64,000 bases of DNA, taken from contig RDOC01000001.1 of assembly GCA_011364985.1 (NCBI GenBank), forward strand, positions 4,271 to 68,270, read 5' to 3'. Position numbers and translations under genes: made by a program. Origin of the DNA: Candidatus Thorarchaeota archaeon (GTDB lineage Archaea > Asgardarchaeota > Thorarchaeia > Thorarchaeales > Thorarchaeaceae). This document shows positions 61,184 through 64,000 of the stretch, piece after piece; the stretch's first letter is position 1, and the number at the start of each line of letters is the position of its first letter. The notes beneath the pieces are model-generated. The model did no database searches and was not told the origin of the DNA. It was given only the letters and a program-made list of their open reading frames with translations.

Positions 61184-61204
61184 TGCAAATCGAACTCCAA
61201 GAGG

Positions 61205-61975
61205 CTATCCACCCTTACCCAAGTAGATTCCGTGAGGGTCAAGCTTGTGCATAATATCGATCTGTTCTTGAGTAGGCTCCTCTGTGGTAGGAACGTCATC
61301 AGGTACAACTATCTCAAACATCACATTATCCAGAATATCCTGAATCTCAAATCCAGGGTGCACAGTCATAAGGCGTATCTTCAGTGTGTCCGGATCGAAG
61401 TCCATTTGACACATATCAGTGATAACAACATCTGGACCATTTCCGACAAGAGACCACTTCTTTCGTGAGCCAGGGCCTTGCAAGTGCCCGGGACTAGTCA
61501 TATAGTCAAGCTCCTTAACGAACTTACGCTTATCATGTGTCATCATGACAATGAGTCGTTTTGCGGAGGAAGCAATATCATTTCCACCTCCACTTCCAGG
61601 CAGCTTCACTTTTGGATTATCAAACGGCCCGATATATGTTGTATTGATGTTGCCGTACTCGTCAATCTGGGCGGACCCAAGAAAACCAACATCTATGCGA
61701 CCTCCCTGCAGAATGAAGCCCAAAGTCTCAATCAGGCCAATTGATGCTGAACAGCCATAATAGTACCTTGAATCCGCAACAGAGAGAGGAACCTCTCTAG
61801 GACGCGCATCAATGAAACCAGCCTCTGAGATCAAGTTAATTCGTGGGGCGTGAGTTTCCTTGGCTAGCAAAGCTGCCAATAAGGGCATTCCGGTTCCGCC
61901 AAATACAGCCTCATCATTTCGTACATGTCTAGATGCACAGGCCACAAGAAACTCAATCTTGCTATACTTTACCAT
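61205..61975 (-). CDS. CoA-transferase subunit B (glutaconate CoA-transferase GctB-like)
   Basis: LISEAGFID and KLPGSGGGNDIASSAKRLIVMMTHDKRKFV are present. It is paired with the A subunit 12 nt upstream. Confidence 0.8.
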   Translation of the reverse strand: MVKYSKIEFLVACASRHVRNDEAVFGGTGMPLLAALLAKETHAPRINLISEAGFIDARPREVPLSVADSRYYYGCSASIGLIETLGFILQGGRIDVGFLGSAQIDEYGNINTTYIGPFDNPKVKLPGSGGGNDIASSAKRLIVMMTHDKRKFVKELDYMTSPGHLQGPGSRKKWSLVGNGPDVVITDMCQMDFDPDTLKIRLMTVHPGFEIQDILDNVMFEIVVPDDVPTTEEPTQEQIDIMHKLDPHGIYLGKGG

Positions 61976-61987
61976 CTTCTTCCCTCC

Positions 61988-62902
61988 TTAGTACCCCCAA
62001 GGTTTACGCGCCCGCAGCTTATGCAGATTCTCCCATCCGATCTTTTCAAGATAACCCCAATGGTCATCAACGCCAAGAATATAGTTGTCAAGATACTCCT
62101 GCCACATTTCCTCTGCTCGTGTGAGTTTGTGAAACATTTGAAGATGTTCCAAGTCATAATCGTAGTAGTCATGACATTGCATGGGATGCGCGATGAAGGG
62201 GAGAATTACGATACGATCCACATAAAGTGCAGGGATCTTTGTCTGGTCAGGACGCTTTCGAATTTCATCTCCGTCAATCAATTCCTCTGCCAACACAATG
62301 AGTTTCTTTCCACATCTAGACCCTTCAACATCCTCGCCTACGATGCCATCAATTTGTGCATTTCCCTGCTGGTCAACTCGTTGAACATGGACGATGCTAA
62401 AGTCTGGTTGTACAGAGGGCACCAAACATATCTTTTCGTTGGTAAATGGGCAGTCAATGACTTTCAGTTTCTTGTCGCCCTTGAATCTTGCGTGTTTCAC
62501 CATATCTGTTCCCATAAGACTGCGTATAGGCATGAAAGGGACATTGAGTGCTCCACCAAGGAACCGCATGGCCATCGCTAGGTTACTATAATCCTCAATC
62601 TGAAGCTTACCCTCAGTGACTCTTCGTCTTGCATTATTTGATAGACCTAATGCCTCTATTGCAGTGAAAGCAATCTCAAATTTGTCGGCAACACCTGCGC
62701 CACACATGATTTCAAGATCCACCTCAGATCCGCAGGTTTGAATATTGAGGCGTCTCTTGTTTTGTCTCACCAATTCATGGGCAAAGGCAATAGGTGCACG
62801 TTGGTATCCAAAGCCACCCCAAAACAGCTCCGAGCCATCCGGAACCATTTTTGCAGCCTCAGCCAGTGTTATTCGCTTATCTTCAATCTCTGGCTCTGTC
62901 AA
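61988..62902 (-). CDS. CoA-transferase subunit A (glutaconate CoA-transferase GctA-like)
   Basis: ITLAEAAKMVPDGSELFWGGFG is present. The C-terminal IAHPMQCHDYYDYDLEHLQMF resembles GAHPSQCYGLYDYD of GctA as I remember it. Confidence 0.8.
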   Translation of the reverse strand: MTEPEIEDKRITLAEAAKMVPDGSELFWGGFGYQRAPIAFAHELVRQNKRRLNIQTCGSEVDLEIMCGAGVADKFEIAFTAIEALGLSNNARRRVTEGKLQIEDYSNLAMAMRFLGGALNVPFMPIRSLMGTDMVKHARFKGDKKLKVIDCPFTNEKICLVPSVQPDFSIVHVQRVDQQGNAQIDGIVGEDVEGSRCGKKLIVLAEELIDGDEIRKRPDQTKIPALYVDRIVILPFIAHPMQCHDYYDYDLEHLQMFHKLTRAEEMWQEYLDNYILGVDDHWGYLEKIGWENLHKLRARKPWGY

Positions 62903-63041
62903 GAGAATTCACCAATGCATAAGTCAACAGATGACTTCTGGCGGCCCTTAGAATCCTTCCTTTTATCTTTGACTAATGAAGTTCCAGAAAACAGAAAAAG
63001 AGGAAGTGACGTCTGAGTCATGTCACTTCCTTCAGGTTGAA

Positions 63042-64000
63042 TCAACCGTTTTGAAAACGATGCCTAAGCAACCAGATTATAGCACCACTAAGAGTGAGGA
63101 CCCCAGCAAATGAGAGTACTCCCATTGCAATGACCATCAGTGTGTAGTCCGGGGCTGCAGTGATTGTTGTTGTAACTGTCGTAGTGTATGTACAAGTTGT
63201 TGTAATGCATGTATAAGTAGTAGTTATCGTTGGAGAGGAAGGAATGGCCTCATTATTCTCGTCATATGCAGTCAGAACCAGTGCAGTATATCCATCGATA
63301 ATAAGACCATAGCCTAATGCAATGGAGATGATTTCCTCCCTTCGTGAATAACTATCCCCAAGCAGGTTCTGGAGCTCAAGCAAGTAGGTGATACGATGCT
63401 GCGCCCAAATGTATTCGACGTGAAATTGGTTAGACGGCGCCGAACTCGCCGAATTCTCATAGTTCTCAGGACCCGAGACATAGTCAATTATGGTATCTAC
63501 CGCAATAGACTCTGTGTAACGGCCACTGATCACAACCTCACTTCCATTGAAGAATGGTGATTGGTCCAAAGGTTGAAGAGTATTGACATCTTCAGCACCA
63601 TTGACGCTGATGCTATATGAGTGAGCAAGAGGAGTAGCGAATTGCTCATAGAAATCAAGTATCTTTGAAGGAGCATCATCGTCCGGCTGAATGAACGCGA
63701 AGAATCCCTTGTTTTGAGCAGCTAAATTAGCCATCAGATTCTCATCAGCATCAGAACCAAAGGCAACAGTAGATATCGACACACCCAAAGTATTTGCCTC
63801 AGAGACTCCGGAAAGGATTCCGGGTGTATCCAAAATAGGTCCGGCGGTTGGTTGGCCATCAGAGAGCATGAGCATCACTTTCACATATTCACCCTCATAG
63901 AAGGTATCCAAGCCATCTGTGCACGCACCATAGAAATTAGTAGAACCTGAAGCTGTAGTTGATGAAATCCAAGATTGTGCAGTCTGCAGATTGGTTGAGC
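63042..64000 (-). CDS. von Willebrand factor A (VWA) domain surface protein, 5-prime partial, with a Thr-rich stalk and C-terminal TM anchor
   Basis: The frame stays open from the track start (TTG at 63911) to the window end. The hand-translated upstream sequence is ...ASGSTNFYGACTDGL, followed by VMLMLSDGQPTAG; these are MIDAS-type motifs. The C-terminus is TITTTYTCITTTCTYTTTVTTTIT, then a TM helix, then RHRFQNG. Confidence 0.8.
   Translation of the reverse strand, partial: STNLQTAQSWISSTTASGSTNFYGACTDGLDTFYEGEYVKVMLMLSDGQPTAGPILDTPGILSGVSEANTLGVSISTVAFGSDADENLMANLAAQNKGFFAFIQPDDDAPSKILDFYEQFATPLAHSYSISVNGAEDVNTLQPLDQSPFFNGSEVVISGRYTESIAVDTIIDYVSGPENYENSASSAPSNQFHVEYIWAQHRITYLLELQNLLGDSYSRREEIISIALGYGLIIDGYTALVLTAYDENNEAIPSSPTITTTYTCITTTCTYTTTVTTTITAAPDYTLMVIAMGVLSFAGVLTLSGAIIWLLRHRFQNG

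Noticed and set aside
61925-62581. 218-aa plus-strand ORF antisense to the CoA-transferase A gene
   Set aside because: The opposite strand has strong GctA-like similarity over its full length. This ORF has none.
1-64000. Search by eye for tRNA, rRNA, transposase, integrase, CRISPR-Cas, restriction-modification or toxin-antitoxin style defence modules
   Set aside because: None was recognised. No ORF shows DDE/HUH transposase, tyrosine or serine recombinase, Cas, or typical defence ATPase or nuclease motifs. A covariance-model scan (tRNAscan-SE, Infernal) would be needed to exclude small RNAs formally.

Overview
The window reads as ordinary chromosomal DNA, most likely archaeal. This is an inference from a TrmB regulator, a split methylmalonyl-CoA mutase, histidine kinases with a GHDxRNRL H-box, surface proteins ending in a Thr-rich stalk plus TM helix plus basic tail, and AT-rich TATA-like intergenic tracts alongside strong GGAGG ribosome-binding sites. 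I cannot call the lineage by eye. About 55 protein genes are supportable. I saw no rRNA, tRNA, CRISPR array, transposase or integrase. Content falls into five groups. (1) Biotin and B12 acyl-CoA metabolism is spread over several loci: a 5S-type carboxyltransferase, BCCP and a thiolase-fold protein (1-4.3 kb); a 12S/PccB-type carboxyltransferase (25-26.6 kb); BirA (46 kb); an epimerase, mutase, MeaB and B12-subunit operon (56-59.5 kb); and glutaconate-type CoA-transferase A/B (61-63 kb). (2) Signalling comprises a four-gene two-component island (16.4-22.7 kb) and an orphan soluble kinase of 1655 aa with about 11 PAS domains (40.2-45.2 kb). (3) The cell envelope set includes a 789-aa beta-helix protein, a 1620-aa protein with a large internal tandem duplication, a VWA protein, an M43-like metalloprotease and others, most with a C-terminal TM anchor. 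(4) Transport genes are a PadR-linked asymmetric heterodimeric ABC exporter, an ABC-2 system, an MFS transporter, and a CDF transporter with three tandem cytoplasmic domains. (5) Regulators are PadR, TrmB, several small wHTH proteins, and an RHH gene below the ORF-track size cut-off. I found no recognisable defence or mobile system. The observations I rate highest are listed here. The thiolase-fold gene lacks the canonical nucleophilic Cys yet is tightly coupled to an intact carboxyltransferase/BCCP pair. Twin TTACAC-N7-GTGTAA palindromes sit in a divergent regulator promoter. A 3-prime relic of a second pccB-like gene survives at 16 kb. The CDF has a triple C-terminal domain. The giant surface protein is internally duplicated. 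A roughly 2 kb stretch (38.3-40.2 kb) carries only broken or short ORFs. All domain calls come from motif recognition by eye, and none has been checked against a database.
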